DNA from: Candidatus Nanohalarchaeota archaeon
Lineage (GTDB): Archaea > Nanohalarchaeota > Nanosalinia > Nanosalinales > JAFCCC01
NCBI GenBank assembly: GCA_017610385.1
Contig: JAFCCC010000001.1
Location: forward strand, 32,001-96,000
Reading direction: 5' to 3'
Length of the DNA stretch: 64,000 nucleotides
Positions 55,058 through 64,000 of the stretch are shown piece by piece; within the stretch, counting starts at the first letter, position 1; the number at the start of each line of letters is the position of its first letter. The notes beneath the pieces were generated by a model, which made no database searches, was not told where the DNA came from, and saw nothing but the letters and a program-made list of their open reading frames with translations. A program made the translations under genes and the position numbers.

Positions 55058-55522
55058 CTATAACTCCCAAAAAAGCAACCCAAACAAAAACAATGCCATA
55101 ATACTATCCCACAAGGCATTATTTAGAACCAAACTTATTAGTAAACAGGTGATGAAGAGTATTGAAAAAATATAAAAAAAGATTTTGGAAGATAACTTCA
55201 GTTTTTTAGGTTTTTTGATTGCTTTAAAATATAATTTATAAGAAAATCCTAATGAAATAACAAGTAGAATTAAAGAAATCCAAATATTCTGAATAAAATA
55301 ATTTAAAATTCCTGAAAGAATCACACCAAGTACCAAAAGCGGACCAATTATCAACAACACTTTCTTAATAGAGTATTGTAAAAATAATTCCAAATCGAAT
55401 TTTTTCTTCTTTGTTTTAAAATAATAAATTGATCCCAAAATAAATAAAATAAGTAAAATATATTTACTAGTAACAGAAGCAACGTCCCAAATAGCACCCA
55501 ACAAATTAAAAATCCAGCTCAC
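55058..55522 (-). CDS. Hypothetical integral membrane protein
   Basis: Four to five hydrophobic segments. Confidence 0.65.
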   Translation of the reverse strand: MSWIFNLLGAIWDVASVTSKYILLILFILGSIYYFKTKKKKFDLELFLQYSIKKVLLIIGPLLVLGVILSGILNYFIQNIWISLILLVISLGFSYKLYFKAIKKPKKLKLSSKIFFYIFSILFITCLLISLVLNNALWDSIMALFLFGLLFWEL

Positions 55523-55526
55523 ATTA

Positions 55527-56825
55527 TCACCTAATTATTGCATTTAAAGAATTTACAATTCTCTCTGATATTTCTCTTTTTATGTTAAGTGGCAGTAAAA
55601 ACCTAATACTCGGATTAAATAAATCATTCCCACACCCATAAGTTAAAATTCCTTGTTTAATCAAAAGATCATTTAAAATCTTGTCTCTCATTTTTGGATC
55701 AGGTTTGCCTTTTTTATTTTGAATTTCAATTCCAAACATTAATCCCATTCCACGAACTTCTTTAACAATCTTTTTGTTTTCTAAATTCTTAATTCCTTTT
55801 AAAATAAAATCTCCTTCTTTTTTTGCATTTTTTAGATAATTATTCTTTTCAATAAGCTCAATCGTATTAAGTACTAAAAAACAGTCCTTGGGAGAACCAC
55901 CAAAAGTATTGCTCATGTGTCCTTCTTCATTCGGAGAGTATTTAGAATCAATTAAAGCAGCACCAAATGCCGAAAATCCTCCGGAAAAGGCTTTTGCTAC
56001 AGAAATCATATCTGGTTTAACTTTAAAATTCTCAATAGCAAACCAATGACCGGTTCTTAAGGAACTTTGGATTTCATCAGCGATTAAAGGAATATCATAT
56101 TTATCACAAACTTCTCGCAACATTGGGAAAAAATCTTTATGAGGAACAATATATCCCCCCTCCCCTTGAATTGGTTCAATAATCACGGAATTAATATTAG
56201 AAGGACTTTCCCGTAGAATTACTTGATTTAAATACGAAATTACCTCTTTTGCTAAATCTTCTTCTGCGATATTAAATGGAAAAGAAGACTTTGCAGGGTA
56301 TGGGATTGGTAACGTTCTAGCTAAGAAATTATAACCTTGCTTATGTACTCCCTTTGAAAAGTTCATTGAAAGTGCTAAAGAAGTTCTTCCGTGAAATGCA
56401 TTTAAAAATGAAATATAACTCCCACCGCCACGATACAATTGAGCAGCTTTTAGGCATCCTCTTTCAACAGCCTCACTACCAGAATTGCAATAAAACACTT
56501 TCAAATCTCCCATTTTCATGTTTCCTGGAAATATTTCTGTGAATTTTTTAGCAAGTTCTAATTGATACGGATGATAATGTTCTTGACCAGCAGTCATAAT
56601 TGGACGAGAATCATTATCTGAATAATATTGTCTCATTAATTCTAATAATTCGGGAGGTCTATGACCTAACGGAGCAGTCCCAACTTGAGAGCTAGCATCA
56701 ATAACTTCTTTTAATGTTTTTTTTGCAGTTCTAACTGTAAGGTATGCTCCTTTAGCTTCTAAAATTTCAAATTCTTGTCGGGTGGTTGGCCACAAAACTT
56801 TTTTGTATTCTTTAAAATTACTCAT
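55527..56825 (-). CDS. Class III PLP aminotransferase (ornithine/lysine/4-aminobutyrate type)
   Basis: NSGSEAVE, FHGRT, EPIQGEGG, DEIQ, AKAFSGG, VRGMGLM; ATG at 56825. Confidence 0.9.
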   Translation of the reverse strand: MSNFKEYKKVLWPTTRQEFEILEAKGAYLTVRTAKKTLKEVIDASSQVGTAPLGHRPPELLELMRQYYSDNDSRPIMTAGQEHYHPYQLELAKKFTEIFPGNMKMGDLKVFYCNSGSEAVERGCLKAAQLYRGGGSYISFLNAFHGRTSLALSMNFSKGVHKQGYNFLARTLPIPYPAKSSFPFNIAEEDLAKEVISYLNQVILRESPSNINSVIIEPIQGEGGYIVPHKDFFPMLREVCDKYDIPLIADEIQSSLRTGHWFAIENFKVKPDMISVAKAFSGGFSAFGAALIDSKYSPNEEGHMSNTFGGSPKDCFLVLNTIELIEKNNYLKNAKKEGDFILKGIKNLENKKIVKEVRGMGLMFGIEIQNKKGKPDPKMRDKILNDLLIKQGILTYGCGNDLFNPSIRFLLPLNIKREISERIVNSLNAIIR

Positions 56826-56826
56826 T

Positions 56827-58305
56827 TTAGTCGATCCCCTGTGCTTTTTGTAATTTGCCTGAATAATCAATATAAATTGTTTTTTCCTCAGAAAATTCAT
56901 TCAAACACGACCAACCAGCTTCTCGGGTTCCATTACCAGTGTGTTTTGTTCCTCCAAACGGTAAATGAACCTCGGATCCAATAGTACTAGAATTCACATA
57001 CGTTAATCCGGTATTAATCTTTTCGATTGCTTTGAAAGCAGACGTAATATTGGTTGTATAAATTGCAGAAGATAAACCATATTCTATAGAATTACAAATT
57101 TCAATAGCGTCATCTAAATCTTTTGCTTTCATTAAACATAAGACGGGACCAAAGATTTCTTCTTTTGCAATGGTCATTTCCTTTGTAACATTAGAAAAAA
57201 TGGTAGGTTTATAAAAAAATCCATCATAAGCTCGGGGAGTATATTTACAACCACCGATTAATAATTTGGCTTTATCTTTCATTTTACCTAAAATTACATA
57301 TCCATTAATTCGCTCTAACTGCTTTTCATTAACTATAGGACCAACATCGATGCTTTTATCCAATGGGTCTCCCAATCTTAAAGCTTTTGTGCGCTTAAGC
57401 AACATTTTCTCAAATTTCGAATATATTTTTTCATGAACAATTACCCTAGATGTTGCAGTGCAACGTTGACCTGCGGTTCCAAATGCACCCCAAATCACTC
57501 CCTCTAGTGCAGAATCTAAATTAGCATCATCCATAACAATTATAGCATTTTTTCCGCCAAGTTCTAACCCAGTTCTTTTCATTAACGCTGCGCACGTACT
57601 CGCAATAAACTTTCCGGTTTTTAAAGATCCAGTAAATGATATCATCTTAACATCAGGATGCTCAACAAGAGGTACACCTACTTCTGTACCAGAACCAGTT
57701 ACTAAATTTAAAACACCTTTGGGGAGACCGGCTTTCTCTAAAACCTCAACAAATCTTACCGCACAAAGAGGAGTATCTGATGCAGGCTTAAAAACAACAG
57801 TATTTCCACATACTAATGCGGGAGCGATTTTCCAAGCAGGAATTGCAATCGGAAAATTCCATGGAGGAATGATTCCACAAACACCGATTGGAATATGAAA
57901 AGTCATTGCAAATTTATCTGGAAGTTCAGAAGGGGTGGTACGACCAAATAGTCGTCTGCCCTCTCCTGCAATATATTCAAAAAAATCAATGGCCTCCTGA
58001 ACATCTCCTAGTCCCTCTTTTAAAACTTTACCCATTTCTCTAGAAACCAACGTTCCTATTTCCTTTTTTCGTTCTTTTAAGATTTGTGCTGCTTTTAGTA
58101 AAATATCTGCTCTTCTTGGTGCCGGAGTATTTTTCCAAGAGTCAAATGCGTCTTTAGCTGCTCTAACTGCTTTTTCTACATCTTGCTTATTGGATCGCTG
58201 GAACTTTCCAATTATTTTTTTATTAGTGGGATTAAGACTTACAAAAGTTTTTTTAGATAGTGATTTGACCCATTTTCCATTTATATAATTAAAATATTCT
58301 GTCAT
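56827..58305 (-). CDS. NAD(P)-dependent aldehyde dehydrogenase
   Basis: PWNFP, FKPA, SFTGS, LELGGKN, AGQRCT, EEIFGP. Confidence 0.95.
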   Translation of the reverse strand: MTEYFNYINGKWVKSLSKKTFVSLNPTNKKIIGKFQRSNKQDVEKAVRAAKDAFDSWKNTPAPRRADILLKAAQILKERKKEIGTLVSREMGKVLKEGLGDVQEAIDFFEYIAGEGRRLFGRTTPSELPDKFAMTFHIPIGVCGIIPPWNFPIAIPAWKIAPALVCGNTVVFKPASDTPLCAVRFVEVLEKAGLPKGVLNLVTGSGTEVGVPLVEHPDVKMISFTGSLKTGKFIASTCAALMKRTGLELGGKNAIIVMDDANLDSALEGVIWGAFGTAGQRCTATSRVIVHEKIYSKFEKMLLKRTKALRLGDPLDKSIDVGPIVNEKQLERINGYVILGKMKDKAKLLIGGCKYTPRAYDGFFYKPTIFSNVTKEMTIAKEEIFGPVLCLMKAKDLDDAIEICNSIEYGLSSAIYTTNITSAFKAIEKINTGLTYVNSSTIGSEVHLPFGGTKHTGNGTREAGWSCLNEFSEEKTIYIDYSGKLQKAQGID

Positions 58306-58367
58306 ACAATAATTATATCTTAGGTACTTAAAATAATTATTTTAACTCTCTAAGGTAATCTTATACT

Positions 58368-59273
58368 ATGAAAACAGCAGTTCTTGCGTTGGGTGGAAAT
58401 GCGCTGATTCAGCCTGGAGAAAATGCGGAGTTAAAAGTAGAGTTAAAACATTTGAATAGAACTTTAAAGAGCGTCCTATCATTATTCAAAAAATATAAAG
58501 TAATTATAACACATGGAAATGGTCCGCAAGTGGGAAATCTAATTTTACAGCAAAAAAATTCTGAAAAGATTGGGGTATCTAAAGTGCCACTATATGTTAA
58601 TGTTGCGCGGACTCAGGGAGAAATTGGAATCCTTATACAGGAAATGTTGCAAGAACTCTTAGCAAAAGAAAAAATAAAGCTTCCAATTGTTAATATATTA
58701 ACAAGGATAATTGTGGATTCAAAAGACCCAAATTTTAAAAACCCCAGCAAACCTGTTGGACCATTTTATACTAAAAAAGTTAAAGAGTTAGGAAAAACAT
58801 TTATTAAAACAGAAAAAGGTTATCGAAAAATTGTGCCGTCTCCAAATCCTTTAGAAATCGTTGAATTAAATCAAATTAAAACCTTATCAAAAAAAAACAT
58901 AATAATCTGTTGTGGTGGTGGAGGAATACCTGTAAATTCAGAATTAAAAGGAGTAAATGCGGTAATTGACAAAGATTTGACCTCACAAAAACTAGCCACG
59001 AGCGTAAAAGCGGATTTGTTTGTAATTTTAACTAATGTAGAAAACGTTTATCTTAATTTTAATGCGAAAAATCAAGAAAAACTCTCAAAAATTTCCATTA
59101 ATAAACTAAAAAAATATTATGAAGAAGGCCAATTTATGAAAGGAAGTATGAGACCAAAAATTTTATCAGCAATAAACTTCATTAAAGAGGGTGGCAATAA
59201 AGTTATAATTGCGTCACCAAAAAATGTACAGAAGGCTCTGGAAGGAACATCTGGAACAATAATAACAAAGTGA
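58368..59273 (+). CDS. arcC: Carbamate kinase
   Basis: ALGGNAL, THGNGPQVG, PSKPVGPFY, VPSP, GGGGIPV, AVIDKD, GSMRPK. Confidence 0.96.
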   Translation: MKTAVLALGGNALIQPGENAELKVELKHLNRTLKSVLSLFKKYKVIITHGNGPQVGNLILQQKNSEKIGVSKVPLYVNVARTQGEIGILIQEMLQELLAKEKIKLPIVNILTRIIVDSKDPNFKNPSKPVGPFYTKKVKELGKTFIKTEKGYRKIVPSPNPLEIVELNQIKTLSKKNIIICCGGGGIPVNSELKGVNAVIDKDLTSQKLATSVKADLFVILTNVENVYLNFNAKNQEKLSKISINKLKKYYEEGQFMKGSMRPKILSAINFIKEGGNKVIIASPKNVQKALEGTSGTIITK

Positions 59274-59277
59274 TATC

Positions 59278-60168
59278 ATGAAAGACTTTTTAGACTTAAG
59301 GGATTTTTCAAAAGCAGAATTAATTAATTTATTATCTCTAACAAAAAAATTAGCCACATCTGATAAAAAGTACTTAGAAGGCAAGATCCTAGGTTTGATT
59401 TTTGAAAAGCCATCTACTCGAACTTCTTTATCTTTTATGGTTGCTATGAAAAAACTCGGTGGGGATTCAATTTATTTTAAACAAAATGACTTGCAATTAA
59501 GCCGTGGAGAACCAATAAAAGATATTGCGCGTGTCTTCACAAGGCAGGTAGATGGAATTGCTGCAAGAGTTTATAAACACAAAAGTTTGGAAGAATTATC
59601 AGAAAATGCAGACATACCAATAATAAATGCATTATCTGATCTAATTCATCCCTGTCAAATTTTAGCAGATTTTTATGTGCTAAAAGAACGTTTTGAGAAA
59701 CTTAGAAACCTGACGTTAACATATGTGGGGGATGGAAATAATGTTTGCAATTCCTTAATCACAATGTGTTCTAAATTTGGCATAAATATGAATGTTTCTT
59801 GCCCAGAAGGATATGATCCAAATAAAAAAATCTTGCGGGATGCTAAAAAACAACCAGGCAAAATCACCATTGAACGAGATCCTAAAAAAGCAGTGGAAAA
59901 TGCAGATATAGTTTATACTGATGTGTGGATTTCTATGGGAGAAGAATCAGAAAAAGAAAAACGGTTGAAAGTGTTCAAAAAATATAAAGTGAATTCAAAG
60001 CTTTTATCAAATGTAAAATCAGATTATATTGTAATGCACTGTTTGCCAGCACACAGGGGCCTCGAAATTACAGAAAAAGTAATAGAAAGTTCTAATTCTG
60101 TTGTTTGGGATCAGGCGTACAGTAGAATGCTAACCTCCAAAGCGCTTTTATATCATTTTTTAAAGTAA
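59278..60168 (+). CDS. argF: Ornithine carbamoyltransferase
   Basis: FEKPSTRT, HPCQILAD, TDVWISMG, MHCLP. Confidence 0.96.
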   Translation: MKDFLDLRDFSKAELINLLSLTKKLATSDKKYLEGKILGLIFEKPSTRTSLSFMVAMKKLGGDSIYFKQNDLQLSRGEPIKDIARVFTRQVDGIAARVYKHKSLEELSENADIPIINALSDLIHPCQILADFYVLKERFEKLRNLTLTYVGDGNNVCNSLITMCSKFGINMNVSCPEGYDPNKKILRDAKKQPGKITIERDPKKAVENADIVYTDVWISMGEESEKEKRLKVFKKYKVNSKLLSNVKSDYIVMHCLPAHRGLEITEKVIESSNSVVWDQAYSRMLTSKALLYHFLK

Positions 60169-60196
60169 CATCTTATTTTCTAAAATAATCAAGAAA

Positions 60197-60248
60197 TTTG
60201 TTCTAAAAGAAGTAACTACCGCTTTGTTCTAAAAGAATTAACTACAGC
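60197..60248. repeat. 26-bp tandem duplication overlapping the stop codon of the 60238-62028 gene
   Basis: TTTGTTCTAAAAGAAGTAACTACCGC / TTTGTTCTAAAAGAATTAACTACAGC (24/26). Confidence 0.85.
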
Positions 60249-62028
60249 TACCAGAAACATTAGAGGTAGTATTTAGAACATTATCACAACCAACCAAACC
60301 CGAATTATGCCTACACATCTGAGATCTGACGGTTTCTGAATCAATTCCTGAAAAAGTATATTTATTGTTTGCTAACCAGGTTGGACTTGCGCCAATTCCT
60401 AGTTCTTGAGCAAGCTTAATATCTGTTCTCAATAGTTCTTTACCTTCTTCTCCCTGAGAACAAGTCTCAACAGCAGAGATATTAACATTTGCAGAGGTAG
60501 CACAGGTTTTCCAGTCAATATTCTTCACACCATTTACACTTCTACAATAAATATAATCAAGCCATTCATCTGGAGAGTAGTTCTTTACACACAGTTGAAC
60601 AATATCTTCATTAACTTCGTATGCCCCATGCAAACTTGAGAATTCGCCTCCCTGTTCGCTTGCAATATAGTGAACTTCATAAGTAATTGCATTCCCAAAA
60701 TTGTCTACAACACCCTTCAATGCTTTGATTGCTTCTTTACCATAAGGACAATCACTCATCACAAAGACTTGAACATCATTTTTAATTTCTGGTTTACATT
60801 CCATGGTTCCCACACAATCTGAATCATTACAATCAATTAGACCATTTCCTGTATCATCAATTCCATTATCACAAATTTCACTAGCTGGATTAAAATCAGC
60901 ACCAATTCTTAAAGATAAATAAGAGCCAACAGGCACTAAATAAGATTTAATTTGATCATACGACGAAGAATTAACTACATTTGCTTCAAAAAGCAGTGCA
61001 GGAAGATATTCAATTCCAATAGAATCATAAAGGGATTTCCCGTCTGTAGTAGAATAATCTAATTCCTCGATTTTAAGTCCGGGAAATAAAGATCTTAATT
61101 GTCCGTATAATCCAGTAATAGAAGCGCATGCGTCGCATCTTTTATCATTTAAAACAATCATTTTAATGGTTTTTGGTTTTGGGATTGATTCACATGGTTT
61201 AATATTATAATCGTATGCGGCACAGATTGCTGATGTAAACGCCTGAGCGGTTCTACCACCAGAATATTGTTTATTATTTAAATAAATCGTGGGGCTTCCT
61301 GTTGCATTCCTTTCGTTAGCTTTTAGGGAGCTTTCTTGCAATAATTGGACTCCCTCATCTGAATTATAACAGCTTTTAATTTTATCAACGTTTAAATTAT
61401 TCTGTTGTGCGCAAATCTCCCAGTTATTCGGAATACTACTTGCGTTTTGATTCATGCAATAAATCATATTTAAATAAGAATCGGGATTGTATTTTGCGGC
61501 ACAAAGTTCAACAATGTTTCCTTTAACTTCATTTACTCCATGCATTCCACAAAAGTCCCCAAGACACATCTGAGCTTCACGACCTGCATAGTATTGTGGA
61601 GAATATGAAATATATTCGATATCCAAATCCAAATACTTTCCAAATTGCTCTTTAACTGGTTTTATAGCATCCATAACCTGTGTTCCATACGGACATTGAC
61701 TCATTACATACATTTCTAATTTGGCGGCATTTTTTACACCCGTTTGATCTGTTGAAGTGGGATTAATCAAAAAAGTAACAAGAATAACTGCTACAAATAA
61801 TAATACAATCCCGCCTAGAAAATAATGTTCTTTCTTTAATGATAATTTTTTTACTTTCTTTTTTACGTTCTTTTCTGATACGTCATTTTCTTTCTTCGGT
61901 AACTCTTTTTTTACGTTCTTTAAGGACGAGTCAGTTTCTTTCTTTGATGATACTTTTTTTATTTTCTTCGCTGCTAAGTCTTTTATTTTGTTTAATGATA
62001 ATTTTTTTATGGCAGCCAAAGGTATCAC
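60238..62028 (-). CDS. Membrane-anchored Cys-rich protein with tandem thioredoxin/GILT-like domains
   Basis: Lys-rich N-terminus, TM, two MSxCPYG...HG..E...GxSPT repeats, EICDNGIDD.GNGLIDC motif. Confidence 0.75.
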   Translation of the reverse strand: MIPLAAIKKLSLNKIKDLAAKKIKKVSSKKETDSSLKNVKKELPKKENDVSEKNVKKKVKKLSLKKEHYFLGGIVLLFVAVILVTFLINPTSTDQTGVKNAAKLEMYVMSQCPYGTQVMDAIKPVKEQFGKYLDLDIEYISYSPQYYAGREAQMCLGDFCGMHGVNEVKGNIVELCAAKYNPDSYLNMIYCMNQNASSIPNNWEICAQQNNLNVDKIKSCYNSDEGVQLLQESSLKANERNATGSPTIYLNNKQYSGGRTAQAFTSAICAAYDYNIKPCESIPKPKTIKMIVLNDKRCDACASITGLYGQLRSLFPGLKIEELDYSTTDGKSLYDSIGIEYLPALLFEANVVNSSSYDQIKSYLVPVGSYLSLRIGADFNPASEICDNGIDDTGNGLIDCNDSDCVGTMECKPEIKNDVQVFVMSDCPYGKEAIKALKGVVDNFGNAITYEVHYIASEQGGEFSSLHGAYEVNEDIVQLCVKNYSPDEWLDYIYCRSVNGVKNIDWKTCATSANVNISAVETCSQGEEGKELLRTDIKLAQELGIGASPTWLANNKYTFSGIDSETVRSQMCRHNSGLVGCDNVLNTTSNVSGSCS

Positions 62029-62083
62029 TTAGTTTTTATAATATATTCATTAATTTAAATGTTTTGGTTTTGTTCTTCTGGTA

Positions 62084-62599
62084 TTAACTTACTATTATGT
62101 CTTTTAAATTGTTTAAGTCCACATTAACATAGTATTTGCCACCAACCTTGAATACTTCATGAGTTGTGTATTTATAACCTTCAATAGTAGCATTTAAAGG
62201 AATTCCAAATATGCTCGTACTCCCTGCGGCAGTTAAAGGAATTTTTACATTTAATTTATACGCTGCTGTTAAATTTCCTTTGTAAACAGAATTATATTTA
62301 GATATATCTAGTTCTTCTTTAGATTCTGTTGTTACGCTACCAATACTTAGCCGCTCTCCGTTTTTACCAAATAAGGTTTCTGCGACCAATACAAAAGCAG
62401 AAGTCTTGGCATCATCACCAAAAATAAAATCCTTATCAATGGGTATTGTTGTTTTTACTGCAGCGTCTTTGTAATTTCCTGCATTTAAACTAGAATAAAA
62501 AGAATTCACAGCACCTTCTGGTCCAAATCCAAAATTTTCAATACATCCCGAAGCCAAAAATATACTTATGAGTAAGACAACAAGAATAACTTTTTTCAT
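62084..62599 (-). CDS. Hypothetical lipoprotein-like protein
   Basis: MKK, hydrophobic stretch, LASGC lipobox-like motif. Confidence 0.7.
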   Translation of the reverse strand: MKKVILVVLLISIFLASGCIENFGFGPEGAVNSFYSSLNAGNYKDAAVKTTIPIDKDFIFGDDAKTSAFVLVAETLFGKNGERLSIGSVTTESKEELDISKYNSVYKGNLTAAYKLNVKIPLTAAGSTSIFGIPLNATIEGYKYTTHEVFKVGGKYYVNVDLNNLKDIIVS

Positions 62600-62668
62600 A
62601 TTATGTTATTTGTAACGTAGTTTTTATTATTTCTGATTAGCCTAAATGTTTTTAGAATGTCTTTTTTA

Positions 62669-63502
62669 TTATTTTTGAGAATTATAGAAAGTCTTTAGAA
62701 GTATTGCATCTTGTTCATTGTTTGGGCTCTCACAAACCACAATCCCCTTAATTTTAAAATCTTTCCAAACGCGCAGAAGCTCCTTAAAATTAAGATCTGA
62801 ATCTAATAAATTAAGGTGATTTAGCTCTCCTTTATCAGAATAATTTATTCCAGACAGATGTATATGCATATTATCCAATGCAAACCTTCCTAAATCTTGT
62901 TCGATTTTATCTAAAACACCAGTCCACTCTTCAGACGTATTAAATTTACCGTTACTTCGTGCATGCAAGTGAGCGAAATCAATACACGGAAGAACTTGCT
63001 CTACATCCTGACTAAGCTTAATAACTTCATTTATATCCCCAAATTGAGTTCTTTTGCCTGTTGATTCTGGTCTTACCCAAATAGAAATACTTTGATCTTT
63101 TAGCCTAGAAACAATATCTTTAAGCTCTCGTTTAACTTTCTGGTAAACAAGTTCCTTCTCCTGCTTTAAATAGTATGCGGGGTGAAAACAAATGCTCCAT
63201 GCACCACACAACGCACTTATTTTAGCAGTTTTAATGATTCTTTGTTTACTTGCGATCACTTTCTCATTCTCTTGAGCATTTAAATTAATATAATATGGTG
63301 CATGAGCAGTCAATTCAACACCGTGTTTTTCCTTTGCCTGTTTAACCTGCGCTGCAAGATTTTCAGAAATATTAACTGAATGTACAAATTCAAGTTCCAT
63401 TGAATCTAAACCCAAGGATTTAACGTGAGGAATAGCGTTTAAAGTACTTCTGTCTAAAGTACTTCGTGGAATTCCCGCTGTTCCAAAAAAAAGTTTATTC
63501 AT
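62669..63502 (-). CDS. nfo: Endonuclease IV (AP endonuclease 2 family)
   Basis: FGTAG.P, HAPYYINL, FHPAYY, PESTGK..QFG, CIDFAH.HAR, HIH. Confidence 0.92.
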   Translation of the reverse strand: MNKLFFGTAGIPRSTLDRSTLNAIPHVKSLGLDSMELEFVHSVNISENLAAQVKQAKEKHGVELTAHAPYYINLNAQENEKVIASKQRIIKTAKISALCGAWSICFHPAYYLKQEKELVYQKVKRELKDIVSRLKDQSISIWVRPESTGKRTQFGDINEVIKLSQDVEQVLPCIDFAHLHARSNGKFNTSEEWTGVLDKIEQDLGRFALDNMHIHLSGINYSDKGELNHLNLLDSDLNFKELLRVWKDFKIKGIVVCESPNNEQDAILLKTFYNSQK

Positions 63503-63968
63503 TTTGATTTTGAAATTTTTCTTTCATTAGTTCATTCATTTTTGTGATTCGTTCGTGTTTTAGAGTTATTATTTTAGGAATCTCTGTCTTATTTTTAGTA
63601 AAATAATCATAAATAGCTTCATTTAACGCATCTGCCGCTAAAATAGAACAATGGATTTTTATTTGCGGTAGTCCACCCAGAGCATCAATAATCTCCTTAT
63701 TTGAAAATTCCATTGCAGCATTCAAGGTTTTCCCTTTTACTAAATCCGTAATTATGCTGGACGTAGCTAGGGCTGCTGCACAGCCATATGTTTGAAATTT
63801 AATATCCTTGATAATTTTTTCACCTTTTTCATTTTCAGAAATTTTAATATATAGTTTCATTAAATCTCCACAAACTATATTTCCAACTTCTCCAACACCA
63901 TCTGGATCTTCTATTTCTCCAAAATTATGTGGATGTCTAAAGTGTTCAATTACTTTTTCATTGTACAT
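63495..63968 (-). CDS. iscU: Fe-S cluster scaffold IscU/NifU
   Basis: HFRHPHN, GNIVCGD, FQTYGCAAA, KIHCS. Confidence 0.95.
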   Translation of the reverse strand: MYNEKVIEHFRHPHNFGEIEDPDGVGEVGNIVCGDLMKLYIKISENEKGEKIIKDIKFQTYGCAAALATSSIITDLVKGKTLNAAMEFSNKEIIDALGGLPQIKIHCSILAADALNEAIYDYFTKNKTEIPKIITLKHERITKMNELMKEKFQNQNE

Positions 63969-64000
63969 TTTTTCACCTTTAATTCATTTACCTCAATGGA

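Noticed and set aside
61839-62000. Repeated TTTTTTACGTTCTT words
   Set aside because: Low-complexity Lys-rich coding sequence (KNVKK) of the 60238-62028 gene
436-62087. Numerous short antisense or overlapping ORFs in the track (e.g. 1144-1449, 5042-5708, 20555-22534, 40637-41038)
   Set aside because: Shadow frames of well-supported genes on the opposite strand
1-64000. CRISPR array, rRNA, transposase, integrase, reverse transcriptase or DGR template repeat
   Set aside because: None recognisable by eye in this window

Overview
AT-rich archaeal chromosome segment. Gene content (Top6AB, histone, S-layer protein, EndA, Spt5, archaeal ribosomal proteins, class III signal-peptide pilins) points to a DPANN archaeon; the exact lineage cannot be fixed from sequence alone. 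Most of the window is housekeeping: top6B/A, truD, pth2, aspS, smc-scpAB, rqcH, hel308, glyS, trpS, pheST, leuS, ftsZ, secE-spt5-rpl11-rpl1-rpl10, plus an arginine/ornithine catabolic cluster. There are six tRNA genes, five with introns. Strongest unexplained signals: (1) a 33-nt bulge-helix-bulge (BHB) intron with an in-frame stop inside the DEAGRGP catalytic motif of the protein-coding gene rnhB, i.e. a candidate archaeal pre-mRNA intron; (2) tRNA introns carrying cargo: a complete box C/D guide in tRNA-Thr(CGU), a 177-nt multi-hairpin intron in tRNA-Trp and a T-arm intron in tRNA-iMet, alongside an atypical splicing endonuclease; (3) two tandem paralogs sharing a 129-nt 3' block whose substitution pattern matches diversity-generating retroelement (DGR) variable regions, next to an AbiE toxin-antitoxin pair, with no reverse transcriptase or template repeat in the window.
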